From a virus (lineage: Duplodnaviria > Caudoviricetes), in IMG/VR virus record IMGVR_UViG_3300012979_000032, positions 28,915 through 92,914 of that record: a stretch of 64,000 nt of DNA. One strand, given 5' to 3'. Made by a program: the position numbers and the translations under genes. Every line of letters starts with the position of its first letter. Within the stretch, counting starts at the first letter, position 1. The notes under the pieces are model-generated. The model was given only the letters and a program-made list of their open reading frames with translations, was not told the origin of the DNA and made no database searches. Shown in pieces: positions 39,845-49,581 of the stretch.

Positions 39845-40210
39845 ATGAAGCACAACATCACCGAGCTCTACACCATCCAGGGACAGCGTGGCATCTACTC
39901 TGAGGACTACCTTGACAAGCACTTCGTGCGCGTGGCTGCTAAGTACAGCGTCATCCGTGAAGGTGAAGCCTATCCTCTGTCCTATCGCACCAACAATGGT
40001 ACGCTGAACGTGCACACTGCTGATGGTGTGAAGGTAGTATACACTATTGGCGAGAAGACTTGGTATGACACAGAAGCAGAGCGTCAGCAGGCTCGCGAAG
40101 ACATGGCACAGTATCGTGCACAGCAAGCACATCGTCGTGAGCTGATGGCCAAGCTGGACAAGCTGAGCACTGCAAACCTTGAGAAGCTGGTAGCTAAGCT
40201 GGGCCTGTAA
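39845..40210 (+). CDS. Hypothetical early protein
   Basis: Own promoter and RBS. Confidence 0.8.
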   Translation: MKHNITELYTIQGQRGIYSEDYLDKHFVRVAAKYSVIREGEAYPLSYRTNNGTLNVHTADGVKVVYTIGEKTWYDTEAERQQAREDMAQYRAQQAHRRELMAKLDKLSTANLEKLVAKLGL

Positions 40211-40361
40211 GGGCTCAGCTTCTGCATACCTATGCATAATAATACAACTGTCTCGCTGGCGCGCCTACGGTCCTGGCGCGCCATATTTGCCTTGTACGGA
40301 ACCCTACACAAAAAAGTGTTACAAACATTTAACAAATTAACAGAAACTAAACATCCCGAAA

Positions 40362-40694
40362 CCAAAAGAAACAGCCCTCGCTGTGTGCGGCTTGACCATC
40401 TCGCCTACCCAATCTAACCAGAGAGGGATGGGACTTGAACCCATGGCTCACACAGAGGGCTGTTCAGTGGGCAGGGCATTCACCCTCATCAGAGTCCGCT
40501 TGCGCTTCGCAGTAGTTATGCGCTACCACTTGTAAGACTCACCCAAATGCCCTTGCCTTATGCCTCTCGTCTTCACTTGCGTGGATGGAATTTCACCATC
40601 GACCATCGGCAAGGACTGTATGCGTCTTTGGTATCCAAGTTCTCACTGAGTGTCGACCCTCAGGCTTGGTAGCGATTCCGCATCCCCTCGCTGT
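40362..40694 (-). ncRNA. Putative ~330 nt structured non-coding RNA with tRNA-like T-arm
   Basis: Promoter TTGACA(40729-40724)-17-TATTAT; no RBS-led ORF; nested helices; AUGGG-UUCAAGU-CCCAU; closing stem plus U-run. Confidence 0.7.
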
Positions 40695-40850
40695 GATTAT
40701 ATAATAGCACACCCTTCGCGTTTTGTCAACACTTTTTAGAAAGAAAATAAAAAAAAGTTTTTTAGAAAAAAGGGTTGACATTCTGGGCAAAGTATGTTAT
40801 TATTATCATGTCAGGAGGGGAAAGCCTCCAAGAGAAAGGAAGTAAGAACA

Positions 40851-41048
40851 ATGAAGAAGAATCTGACCAACGCCGAACTGATCGCCATCCTGTCCAAGCG
40901 TGACCCGAATGCCCCTGTTGACATTCTTGTCGACTGGTGTGTGTGGAATAGCGAACTGGCCTACCCCGAAGTAGATGAAAAATCTGGCGTCTGCTACTCC
41001 ACCGAAAATGATCAGCTGGTAGTTTCTGCTGGAGAATTTGAGTGTTGA
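40851..41048 (+). CDS. Hypothetical early protein (65 aa)
   Basis: Promoter 40775, RBS; stop TGA lies inside the next TTGACA. Confidence 0.8.
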   Translation: MKKNLTNAELIAILSKRDPNAPVDILVDWCVWNSELAYPEVDEKSGVCYSTENDQLVVSAGEFEC

Positions 41049-41105
41049 CAAATTCTCCAACCTATGGTATAATAAGTACAACGAAAGACGAAAGGAACTG
41101 ATCCC

Positions 41106-41576
41106 ATGAACGCTGAAATCATCAAGGCTATGAACCGCAAGAACGAGAAGCACCCCATCCGCGACTGGTGGCACAAGAACGACTACAAGGTCATGCGAGT
41201 TGTCCTGTTCCCCATCTGGGGCTGTGTGTGGGCTCATGACAAGATCAAGAGCAAGTTGAACGCGCAGGTCGTATGGAGCAATGAGCGAGTGAATGAAATT
41301 CTTTCCTACTATGTGCCGCGCAAGTGCTCTTGGAATGAAGAAGATCAGGAGCTTTACTTCTTCGACAATGGCTACGGCTGGTCGATGTGCTACGCAAAGA
41401 AGCATTTGAAATTTAAGGATCGCCGCTTCTGGAATAAGTTCAGGGGCTGGACTGGTGGCAAAATTCGCGAGTACCTGCTGAACACTTTCGAGCTGGAAGG
41501 ATTCACCAAAGAGCTGGGCAACTGCGGCGACGGCTGGACTGAAATTTATTTCAAGAAAGTTGAGGAAAGGGCTTGA
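41106..41576 (+). CDS. Hypothetical early protein (Trp-rich)
   Basis: Own promoter and RBS. Confidence 0.8.
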   Translation: MNAEIIKAMNRKNEKHPIRDWWHKNDYKVMRVVLFPIWGCVWAHDKIKSKLNAQVVWSNERVNEILSYYVPRKCSWNEEDQELYFFDNGYGWSMCYAKKHLKFKDRRFWNKFRGWTGGKIREYLLNTFELEGFTKELGNCGDGWTEIYFKKVEERA

Positions 41577-41646
41577 CAAAAGCCCTAACCTCTGATATAA
41601 TAAGTACATCAAGAGGGCAAGAACCTCAAAGAAAGGAAATGATAAA

Positions 41647-41850
41647 ATGGAATTCTTGGGCTGTCTGGGTATCATCGCACTCTTCATCGCTGTGTGGGGT
41701 CTGGAGACTTGGGTCATCATGGCTCTGTGGAACTGGCTGGCTGTATCCCTGTTTGGCGCACCTGAGATCACCTTCTGGATGACTGCTGGCCTGATGCTCC
41801 TGATCAACCTGCTGACTGGTGGAATCAAGATCACCACCAAGCACAACTGA
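41647..41850 (+). CDS. Small membrane protein
   Basis: Two hydrophobic helices, RBS. Confidence 0.8.
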   Translation: MEFLGCLGIIALFIAVWGLETWVIMALWNWLAVSLFGAPEITFWMTAGLMLLINLLTGGIKITTKHN

Positions 41851-41870
41851 CAAAGAAAGGAAATGATACT

Positions 41871-42071
41871 ATGAATACTGAAAAGACTACTGCTCAGAAA
41901 CTCGGCGAACTGATTGGCTACCTGCTGGTGATTTTCCTCTGCCCCTGGTTTGTAATGAAGGGGTGGGAAGCCATCGCCTGGGAGTTCAACCTGCCGCAGT
42001 TTGGCTATTGGGCTTGCTTCTTCATCTCGCATGGCTTTCGCTATCTGACTGCCAACATTCGCAACAAGTGA
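41871..42071 (+). CDS. Small membrane protein, likely related to the preceding gene
   Basis: Hydrophobic; similar W..M..W......F..P....W spacing. Confidence 0.8.
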   Translation: MNTEKTTAQKLGELIGYLLVIFLCPWFVMKGWEAIAWEFNLPQFGYWACFFISHGFRYLTANIRNK

Positions 42072-42206
42072 GCCATCGCGCCCCACAAAAAGGGGGCGCA
42101 TTTTTTTTTATTTTTTTTCTAAAAACCTATTGACATTTTGACCCGTGTCTGCTATAATTAAACCATCGAAAGGGACAAGAGCCCTAGAAGAAAGGAAGTA
42201 GCAACA

Positions 42207-42308
42207 ATGTTCGATTCTTACATCTGCGAGATCACCTGCGAGGAACTCTACTCCGAGGATACTGAAGCTCTCTGGGCCGAGATCATGGTCGAAGAGGAAG
42301 AGGCGTAA
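42207..42308 (+). CDS. 33 aa highly acidic peptide
   Basis: Promoter 42129, GAAAGGAAG RBS, MFDSYICEITCEELYSEDTEALWAEIMVEEEEA, terminator follows. Confidence 0.75.
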   Translation: MFDSYICEITCEELYSEDTEALWAEIMVEEEEA

Positions 42309-42455
42309 GCCTCTTCTTTCTTTTTATCCGGCGGCTCGTCGGCGGGCGCTCTGCTTGCCTACGAGCCGTGTTTCCGTAAGGCTGGCCCTTGCATAATTAT
42401 TGCGCGAAATGTATAAACATTCATGCTGTCCCGAAACGCCCAAAAAGGTGGTGGA

Positions 42456-42659
42456 TTACTCCACCACCTCACCGAGCTCTTCAACCCTGACCACCGGCCG
42501 GCCGTTGCGCTTTTCGTGGGTCATCCACCAGTAGGGGGTGTTCACGAGACGCTCTTCCTCAGCCTTGTCGGCGTTGATCGTGTAGGCGAGAACCTCATCG
42601 CCGCAGGGATAACCTTCGCAAGCAGTGACCTTAGCAACCTTAACCGCGTAAACCTTCAT
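42456..42659 (-). CDS. Hypothetical early protein (inverted cassette)
   Basis: Minus promoter near 42709-42737, GAGGAGG RBS. Confidence 0.8.
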   Translation of the reverse strand: MKVYAVKVAKVTACEGYPCGDEVLAYTINADKAEEERLVNTPYWWMTHEKRNGRPVVRVEELGEVVE

Positions 42660-42771
42660 GTGTGTTTCCTCCTCTTTCAGCTGGGCTCTTGTCCCTTGCT
42701 GTGATTATATAATAACACAGCTTTACCGGTTTGTCAATACTTTTTTGAAAAAAAATTCGCTGATTTTTCAA

Positions 42772-42984
42772 TCAGCGATTGTAGTTGTAAGAGGGAAACT
42801 TGGCCTTCTGGCGGCGCTTCTTCTCAAGATGATCATCATGAGCGAGAGCCACACCCATCAACACCAGACCCACAAACATGGTGACTTTGGTCAGAGTGGT
42901 AAACAGTAAGATGGTGGCAATCATGCCATAGAAGCAGAGGACGAAGCCGATGCAAGCGATGATGGTGTCGAAAGTGCTATTCAT
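42772..42984 (-). CDS. Small membrane protein (inverted cassette)
   Basis: Minus promoter near 43018-43046, AGGGGG RBS, two TM helices and a basic tail. Confidence 0.75.
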   Translation of the reverse strand: MNSTFDTIIACIGFVLCFYGMIATILLFTTLTKVTMFVGLVLMGVALAHDDHLEKKRRQKAKFPSYNYNR

Positions 42985-43159
42985 TGAGAAATTCCCCCTT
43001 GTTTTGATTACATGCTTATTATACACCCTCTTAATACTTTTGTCAATACTTTATTACGACAAAATTAAATAATAATCGTGACAAAAATAAGTGCTTGACA
43101 ACATAGAAAAAATTTGTTATAATAAATACGAACCAAGAGAAAAGAAAGGAATTGATCCC

Positions 43160-43633
43160 ATGAATCTGCTTACGACTTTTATTCTGCTCAACATCGCCAA
43201 TGTTATCATTCAGACTGTGAAAAGCATTGCCACAATCAAATGCGGCAAGACTGCGGCGGCTGTGGTCAATGCTGTGGCCTATGGTCTTTACACAATTGTC
43301 ACTGTGTACATGCTCTGCGAATTGCCCTTGATGTGGAAAGCTGGCATTGTTGCAGGCTGTAATCTGGTGGGTGTCTGGCTTGTCAAGTACTTTGAGGAAA
43401 AGGCAAGAAAAGACAAGCTCTGGAAGGTTGAGGCAACCTTCAAAAAGAGCGACAAATGGGAGCTTGCTCTGTTTCAGCTGAAAGAGTATGGAATCCCTGT
43501 TAATTACATTGATGTGGAAAAGTACATCATTGTCAATTGCTACTGCGCCACCAAAGACCTGAGTGAACAGACCAAGCACATTCTGGAAAGAACTGGCGCA
43601 AAATACTTTGTAACTGAATCAAAAAATCTTTGA
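43160..43633 (+). CDS. UPF0316/DUF5698-like membrane protein
   Basis: Three TM segments (NVIIQTVKSI..IK.GK..AA) followed by a soluble domain. Confidence 0.6.
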   Translation: MNLLTTFILLNIANVIIQTVKSIATIKCGKTAAAVVNAVAYGLYTIVTVYMLCELPLMWKAGIVAGCNLVGVWLVKYFEEKARKDKLWKVEATFKKSDKWELALFQLKEYGIPVNYIDVEKYIIVNCYCATKDLSEQTKHILERTGAKYFVTESKNL

Positions 43634-43703
43634 AAAAGGGGGTTGACAAACCCCACAACCTATGCTATAATAAAGACACTCCAAGAGAAAAGGAAATGAT
43701 AAG

Positions 43704-43931
43704 ATGATTAAGATTAACTCTGATGGCTACAATCGCTCTGTTCCCCTGAACTCTCTGTGTGTGGGCGATACCTTCCTGATTGAGGGAAGTGTGTGCATGA
43801 TCGCCAAGCGCAATGGTCACCCCTTTGTGCTTGACCTGAGCACTGGCAAGGACTACTGCTCCATCAACCCCTGCAACAGCCCCCAGCGAGTTACCCCCAT
43901 TGAGTGCGAACTTTCTTACAGAATTAAGTAA
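43704..43931 (+). CDS. Hypothetical early protein
   Basis: Own promoter and RBS. Confidence 0.75.
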   Translation: MIKINSDGYNRSVPLNSLCVGDTFLIEGSVCMIAKRNGHPFVLDLSTGKDYCSINPCNSPQRVTPIECELSYRIK

Positions 43932-44000
43932 AAAAGGGGTTGACAAACCCCTAACCCTGTGATATAATAAGACCATCGAAAGACGAAAGGAATTGATACT

Positions 44001-44198
44001 ATGGCTAAGTACATTGTGAATGTTGTTATGAGCACCTGTGTGGAAATCGAAGTCGAAGCGCATGATGAGGATGAAGCGAAGACTATCGCCATCGAAGAAG
44101 CAGATCCCTACATGGCTGATGATTGGGATTATGGCATCGACTGTGTATTCAGAGATGATGATGACGAAGATGAGGAAGAAGAAGAGGAGGACTGGTGA
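44001..44198 (+). CDS. Very acidic small protein (65 aa)
   Basis: EIEVEAHDEDEA..IA motif; DDDDEDEEEEEEDW tail. Confidence 0.8.
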   Translation: MAKYIVNVVMSTCVEIEVEAHDEDEAKTIAIEEADPYMADDWDYGIDCVFRDDDDEDEEEEEEDW

Positions 44199-44332
44199 CC
44201 CCAATGGGGTCACCCCCGGGCCGAAAAAAACTTTGAAAAAAGTTTCAAAAACCTATTGACAAACCAGCCACACCATGCTATAATAAGTACATCAACAGGG
44301 CAAGAGCCCAAGACAAGAAAGGGATTGATACT

Positions 44333-44716
44333 ATGAAGACTATCACCAAGATCACCATGACTCGCATCTCCAACACTCGCGCCCTGATTGACCAGCTCCC
44401 TGTGGTATTCACTCGCAAAGAATATGATGCTCTGCGACAGGCGCAGATCGACCAGCTGATGAAGGAAGCTCCCTATCGAAGCTGGCGCAACAAGATCTGT
44501 CGCGAAGATTCTGCCTTCACTCTGGCGAACCTGCGCGAAGAAGGTTTCCTGATTGTGGTGCGCTCTGAGCCTGTGACCATTGAGGTTGAGGAATGGAACT
44601 ACATGGCGCGAACCTATGAAAAGAAGCCCCTTGAGGTTGAGCGCCATTACTATCGCTTCAGCGAAGAAATCGAAGATTTTTTCGCAAAAACTCTTGACAA
44701 CTGGGAGCAAATGTGA
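44333..44716 (+). CDS. Hypothetical protein, possible winged helix
   Basis: Own promoter and RBS; C-terminus runs through the next promoter. Confidence 0.75.
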   Translation: MKTITKITMTRISNTRALIDQLPVVFTRKEYDALRQAQIDQLMKEAPYRSWRNKICREDSAFTLANLREEGFLIVVRSEPVTIEVEEWNYMARTYEKKPLEVERHYYRFSEEIEDFFAKTLDNWEQM

Positions 44717-44754
44717 TACAATAAAGACACTCCAAGAGGAAAGGAATTGATACT

Positions 44755-45057
44755 ATGACTAAGATGACCCTGATTACCATGACCACTATTTCCCCTGAAA
44801 CCACCTTCACCAATGCGGATTTCGCTGTTGGCTTCGGCCATGCGCTGGCCGCCTTGCCTGTGGGAGTGCCCATGACAGCGAAGCAGATTTGTGACGCTGT
44901 CTGCCCTGAGTTTACAGTTCAGAAGACCACTGCCTATCTCAAAATGGCTGTGATTCATGGAATCATGAAGCGTGAAGAGGTCGAGTTGGACAAGACTTGG
45001 GAAGACTACTATGGCAAGCGCCATGTGTGGGTACAGGCTCTTTACACCAGAGTGTAA
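44755..45057 (+). CDS. Winged-helix-like protein
   Basis: PMTAKQIC...TVQKTTAYLK...GIMKREEV pattern. Confidence 0.7.
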   Translation: MTKMTLITMTTISPETTFTNADFAVGFGHALAALPVGVPMTAKQICDAVCPEFTVQKTTAYLKMAVIHGIMKREEVELDKTWEDYYGKRHVWVQALYTRV

Positions 45058-45183
45058 AGGGCTTGGCCGGAAAAAATTTTTTTCAAAAAAGTTTGAAAAA
45101 GGTATTGACAAACTAAGTAGCCCATGCTATAATAAGTACATCAAATGAGCCAAGTGCTCTGAATAAAGAAAGGGATTGATACT

Positions 45184-45630
45184 ATGAAATGCGCTATTGA
45201 ACTGCTGGCTATGAACTCTGAGGCTCTGGACTATAAGGCTCGCGCCCATGAGCGCGCTGTTGCTCGCTCCATTCAGTATTGCGAAGATGTAATTGCCCCT
45301 CTGATGGAAAAGCTTGCCAAAGCTGGTGATCTCCCTGTAAATCGCCCCTATGGACGCTGGGGTAGTGAGACCACCTTGACTTTCCAGTGCTACGACAGAG
45401 TCGATGATGGAGACATTTCCCCCCTGCGCTTTGATGGCACTACCTATGCCAATGGAGAAAAAAGCTACACTTGGGGCGATGTCTGGTATGACAAGCAGAC
45501 CATCATTGACTATTGTGCAAAGTTCTGTATTGAGGTCACTTTTGACACTCACTGGTTTAAGCGCTATGGGTCTGGTGATCAGAAGGGTGTGAAAATGCTC
45601 TTGCAGGTGAAGCCTGCCTGCATGGACTAA
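45184..45630 (+). CDS. Hypothetical early protein
   Basis: Own promoter and RBS. Confidence 0.8.
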   Translation: MKCAIELLAMNSEALDYKARAHERAVARSIQYCEDVIAPLMEKLAKAGDLPVNRPYGRWGSETTLTFQCYDRVDDGDISPLRFDGTTYANGEKSYTWGDVWYDKQTIIDYCAKFCIEVTFDTHWFKRYGSGDQKGVKMLLQVKPACMD

Positions 45631-45772
45631 GGTTCTAAGGGGCTGGGCAACCAGCCCCAAATCCGCCCGGGTAAAAAAAATTTTCAAAAAGGTATTGACA
45701 AACAGACCAACGTGTGCTACAATAAGACTGTAAAAAGGAACAGGGCAAGTCCCTGAGAAAGAGGTAGATACC

Positions 45773-46255
45773 ATGACTAAAAGCAATTTCTTCCGCTACT
45801 ACAACCGCCTGAGCGGCGCTGATCGTTACTTCCTTGTGTTCCCCTTCAAGAAGAACATGTATGTGGCTGACCTGCGGCATCTCTGCTCAACCTGGTGCTT
45901 TGAGACTCGCGAAAGTGATCAGAATGGCGGCTGGCAGAAATGGATGCTCCAGCCTGGCAAGCTCCCCAAGGCTCGGCTGGCTAAAAAGGCTGTGTACCTG
46001 ATGACTCAGAAAGAATTTGAGGAACAGCGCAAGGCTTCCAAGATGAATCGCGGCTACTTCTGCGAAACGCTTCTCTGTGAAAAGCTCGGCTGTGTCCCTG
46101 CTTCCTCTGATCGGACGGCTCGCTTTGATCGCTGTGGCGATGTGGTTTACAATGGTCTGCAGTATCAAGTCAAGTATCAGAACGCAACTCTCACCAATGT
46201 CAACACCCTCCACCATGCGCAAGCAGACGCAAGGGCGGCAAAGAAGAAGGCGTGA
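45773..46255 (+). CDS. PD-(D/E)xK-like nuclease-fold protein, paralog of 49582..50055
   Basis: NRGYFCE...RFD..GDVVYNGLQYQVK. Confidence 0.6.
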   Translation: MTKSNFFRYYNRLSGADRYFLVFPFKKNMYVADLRHLCSTWCFETRESDQNGGWQKWMLQPGKLPKARLAKKAVYLMTQKEFEEQRKASKMNRGYFCETLLCEKLGCVPASSDRTARFDRCGDVVYNGLQYQVKYQNATLTNVNTLHHAQADARAAKKKA

Positions 46256-46367
46256 GCCTTCTTTTTTTTCTAAAAAAAATTTCAAAAACCTATTGACATT
46301 CCAGCACGGTTCTGCTATAATTAAACCATCGAAAGGGGATAACCCCTAAAACAAGGAGGACACCACA

Positions 46368-46625
46368 ATGAAGAACACCATCGCCACCGCCCTGATCTCC
46401 AACTACGGCTTCGAAGCCAAGACCGGCTACCTGTTCGCCGGTCGGGGAGCATGGCTCTCCTCCCACGAGACCATCAAGGTCTCCTTCCACGGTGACATGG
46501 TCACCATCGACCACTACCGCTACTTCTGGGATGGCGGTGACGTGGAGTGGGAGCGCTCCACGGTGGTCACCTGCCACCTCTCCCGACTGTGGGAGAACCT
46601 CCCCGAATGGGTGCTCAAGCGCTGA
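46368..46625 (+). CDS. Hypothetical early protein
   Basis: Own promoter, AAGGAGG RBS, terminator. Confidence 0.8.
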   Translation: MKNTIATALISNYGFEAKTGYLFAGRGAWLSSHETIKVSFHGDMVTIDHYRYFWDGGDVEWERSTVVTCHLSRLWENLPEWVLKR

Positions 46626-46788
46626 GCGCCCATTCTTTTTTATTTGGCCGCGCGTGCTTGGGCCTCACGCGCGGAATTTGCGCCAAGAGAAAGCCTACAG
46701 AAAATTTATTTGGAAAAAGTTGAAAAAAGGGGTTGACAAAATGATCCCGATAGTGTATAATTAAACCATCGAAAGGAAAGAGGTGGCT

Positions 46789-47085
46789 ATGATGTTTAAG
46801 GTTATCTTGTTGGGTATCTATCTGGGTTCTGTTGCTCTGTTCGCTTTTGTGGTGTTCTGTGGTATGCGCGCCGCCATTAAGCATGGCAAGGAAATGCTGG
46901 CAAAGGGTTACACCTTAAAAAAGGGAGTGCGGAAAAACCCTGTGGCATTCCTGCGGCTGGCTCTCATGGGTCTGACCCCTGTGGTAAATACCTTCTGTGG
47001 TGTTGCTCTGCTGTTGGCTTATGAAGGATTCGAAGATGACATGATTATGGAAATTAATCGCAAGATGGAGAAAAAAGAGGGTTGA
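46789..47085 (+). CDS. Small membrane protein
   Basis: Two hydrophobic segments; promoter 46733. Confidence 0.75.
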   Translation: MMFKVILLGIYLGSVALFAFVVFCGMRAAIKHGKEMLAKGYTLKKGVRKNPVAFLRLALMGLTPVVNTFCGVALLLAYEGFEDDMIMEINRKMEKKEG

Positions 47086-47142
47086 CAAACCCTCTAAGGT
47101 ATGCTATAATAAAGACAATCCAAGAGGAAAGGAAACGATACT

Positions 47143-47511
47143 ATGAAGTTCTTCAAAAAGATTAAGGAATCTATGACCTGCACTGCTCTCTATTCTCTGC
47201 CCACTCTGCACTTGCGCTTTGTGAATGGCGAAGAAATGGATGTCAAGCCTCGCCTGTGGCATCTGAATGACGGCCACTGGTCGCGCTATTATCTGGAAGA
47301 TGGTCTGGTCATGGGTCGCTATCCCCTCGCCAGCCTTCTGGAAGTCTATGAAGTCAGTCGCGAACACAAAAATATTAAGTATGGCTTTGACCCCCTGTAT
47401 CTGCCCATCTGGATTTCCAACACTTACATGGAAGGCGATAACCTGCACATGGAGCGCGATGGGTGGCATGATGTGAAAATTTTCTCTGAAGAAAATGAAA
47501 AAGGGGCTTGA
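47143..47511 (+). CDS. Hypothetical early protein
   Basis: Own promoter and RBS. Confidence 0.8.
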   Translation: MKFFKKIKESMTCTALYSLPTLHLRFVNGEEMDVKPRLWHLNDGHWSRYYLEDGLVMGRYPLASLLEVYEVSREHKNIKYGFDPLYLPIWISNTYMEGDNLHMERDGWHDVKIFSEENEKGA

Positions 47512-47565
47512 CAAACCCCTTCACCCGTGCTATAATAAGTACATCAAAGCAAAGGAGTTGATACA

Positions 47566-47757
47566 ATGTATCTTCTGGTTTACGTCAACAAGACTTCCAA
47601 CATGGCTATCGGTGAGTATGGTTTCTATGACTACATTGAAAAGCGTCGTGCTTTCCTCGGTGAGCAGGATGACATTGTCGGTCTGATGAAGATCCCTCTG
47701 GGCTGGCGTGATTATTTCAAATGCCTGACCAAGAAAATTGTTCACGAGAAAGTTTGA
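47566..47757 (+). CDS. Hypothetical early protein
   Basis: Own promoter, AAAGGAG RBS. Confidence 0.75.
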   Translation: MYLLVYVNKTSNMAIGEYGFYDYIEKRRAFLGEQDDIVGLMKIPLGWRDYFKCLTKKIVHEKV

Positions 47758-47826
47758 AAAAGGGGTTGACAAAACCCCTTCCCCATGCTATAATATAATC
47801 AATCCAAGAGGAAAGGAACTGATACG

Positions 47827-48264
47827 ATGAAGATTTGGTTTGACATGGATGGCACTATCGCTGACCTCTACGCTGTCGAAGGATGGCTTGAAATGCTGAG
47901 GGCTTTCGACCCTGCTCCCTATCAGATGGCAAAGCCCATGCATCACATGGCAAGTCTGGCGCGCATGATGAACAAGGCGCAGGCAATGGGACATGAACTC
48001 TGCATCATCTCTTGGTGTAGCAAGACCAGCACCCCTGACTATGATGAAGCAGTCAAGCAGGCAAAGCTGGCATGGCTGGCAAAGCACCTGCCCTCTGTGA
48101 ACTGGGACGAAATCGAAATTGTCCCCTATGGTCAGAACAAGTGGGAAACCTGCGGCGAAGGAATCCTGTTCGATGATGAAGCAAAGAACAGGGAAGGCTG
48201 GGCAAATGGTTGCGCCTTCACTCCTGACCACATCAAGGAAGTGCTGTCTGCCCTCTGGAACTGA
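47827..48264 (+). CDS. HAD-superfamily phosphatase, 5'(3')-deoxyribonucleotidase-like
   Basis: FDMDGTIAD motif I, K.AWL.KH, ILFDD motif IV. Confidence 0.85.
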   Translation: MKIWFDMDGTIADLYAVEGWLEMLRAFDPAPYQMAKPMHHMASLARMMNKAQAMGHELCIISWCSKTSTPDYDEAVKQAKLAWLAKHLPSVNWDEIEIVPYGQNKWETCGEGILFDDEAKNREGWANGCAFTPDHIKEVLSALWN

Positions 48265-48366
48265 GGGCAGGGCACTGCGCCCGGGCAAAAAAAAGTTTCA
48301 AAAAAGTATTGACAAAACAGATGCGGTGTGCTATAATAAGTACATCAAATGAGGGAGGCACGAATT

Positions 48367-48519
48367 ATGTATTGCTATCTTGAAAAGAACACCCATGACA
48401 AGAATTATCCCTACACCATCTCTGACGCTTGGGGCGGCAAGTGCTACATGACCGAAGAAGGTCTCAAGGCACTTCAGAAAGAAATTGAAAAAGCCCTTGA
48501 CAAGAAGAGTGAAGAGTGA
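48367..48519 (+). CDS. Small protein (50 aa)
   Basis: Promoter 48309, GGGAGG RBS, MYCYLEKNTHDK... Confidence 0.7.
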   Translation: MYCYLEKNTHDKNYPYTISDAWGGKCYMTEEGLKALQKEIEKALDKKSEE

Positions 48520-48545
48520 TATAATAATCTCAAGAGGTGAGGGGA

Positions 48546-48656
48546 ATGGAACTGCTGGCATTCATCGCGATTATCGCGATTGGGATTTATGTAAAGGTCA
48601 AGGTCTTGGATGACTTGGTAGGAGGCAAAGAAGATGACGCTGAAGAAAATGATTGA
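48546..48656 (+). CDS. 36 aa single-TM peptide with acidic tail
   Basis: Promoter 48497, GAGGGG RBS, MELLAFIAIIAIGIYVKVK... Confidence 0.6.
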   Translation: MELLAFIAIIAIGIYVKVKVLDDLVGGKEDDAEEND

Positions 48657-48879
48657 ACAGTATGAACAGCAAAGCCTGTGTGTTCTGAGTACCATCGCAG
48701 AACCCACCTGTCCCAACTGTGGTGACACTTTGGAAGAGGATGACCACTACGACACCACCACATCAAGCAACTGGACAGAACATCACATTGTTGGGCATTG
48801 TCCCACCTGTGACAAGGAATACCAGTGGAATACTGTGTTTCTGTTGGCTGGTATCTCTGATCTGAGAGAAGAACCATAA
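48634..48879 (+). CDS. Zn-ribbon protein
   Basis: CPNCG...CPTC; AGGAGG RBS. Confidence 0.8.
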   Translation: MTLKKMIEQYEQQSLCVLSTIAEPTCPNCGDTLEEDDHYDTTTSSNWTEHHIVGHCPTCDKEYQWNTVFLLAGISDLREEP

Positions 48880-48956
48880 AAAGTTTCAAAAAAGTATTGA
48901 CAAATGACTCCAAATGTGATATACTAAACTCATCAAAAAGAAAGAGGTAATGAACT

Positions 48957-49208
48957 ATGGAAAAGATCGCTGTTGCTGTTGTTGTGAACTCTCAGACTGC
49001 TGAACGCATTCAGAAGGAAGTCATCAGACAGGCTTTTGTGGAAGAGGTTAATGACCTGTGCCGTCGCATGCGCGAAGCAGGTTTCAAGCTGGAGGTTGTT
49101 GGTACTCCTGATCCTGACTTCACCATGTTCGGCAACAAAATCCAGTTGCCTGCAAGCTATTTTGTCAATCGCAAAACCAATGAATACAACATGCAGGTAA
49201 ATTACTAA
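48957..49208 (+). CDS. Hypothetical early protein
   Basis: Own promoter, RBS, terminator. Confidence 0.8.
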   Translation: MEKIAVAVVVNSQTAERIQKEVIRQAFVEEVNDLCRRMREAGFKLEVVGTPDPDFTMFGNKIQLPASYFVNRKTNEYNMQVNY

Positions 49209-49376
49209 AAACTGGCTTCGGCCAGTTTTTTCTTTTGGCCGGCCGCTCTCAGGTGTCGCGGCCGGTTTTTTCGTTGTACTGAAGCTATAGAAAATTTTTT
49301 TTCGAAAATGTGCGAAAAAGGGTTGACAGGATGATCCCGTTATGCTATAATAGTTTCAGAAAGTGAGGGGAACACA

Positions 49377-49490
49377 ATGAAGGATTGGATCTGGGATCTG
49401 GTACTGGGTTTGGCATTCATGGCAACTTATCTCGGTGGCTTCGCCGCTATCCTGTATATCTGCTATCTGTATCTGTTCGGACTCCTCTAA
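49377..49490 (+). CDS. 37 aa hydrophobic membrane peptide
   Basis: Promoter 49323, GAGGGG RBS, MKDWIWDLVLGLAFMATYLGGFAAILYICYLYLFGLL. Confidence 0.7.
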   Translation: MKDWIWDLVLGLAFMATYLGGFAAILYICYLYLFGLL

Positions 49491-49581
49491 AAAAACTTGA
49501 AAAAAGTTTCAAAAACCCCTTGACAATCGGGACAAGAGATGCTATAATAAGTACAACGAAAGACGAAAGGAAGTACCTACC

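Noticed and set aside
40465-40495. Hammerhead ribozyme core CUGAUGA on the minus strand
   Set aside because: The following stem is not followed by the required GAAA.
40565-40593. Resemblance of GCGTGGATGGAATT to the 3' end of type I-C CRISPR repeats
   Set aside because: Short match, on the non-transcribed strand, and the repeat hairpin is missing; likely chance.
40362-40694. tmRNA or amber suppressor tRNA
   Set aside because: No CCA/acceptor end with G3-U70, no recognisable tag reading frame and no CUA anticodon loop; kept only as an unclassified RNA.
40806-42101. 431 aa minus-strand ORF and the many other antisense ORFs over 39-64 kb (also 22032..22847 + and 62944..63996 -)
   Set aside because: Shadows of codon-biased genes on the other strand; they cross promoters and lack RBSs.
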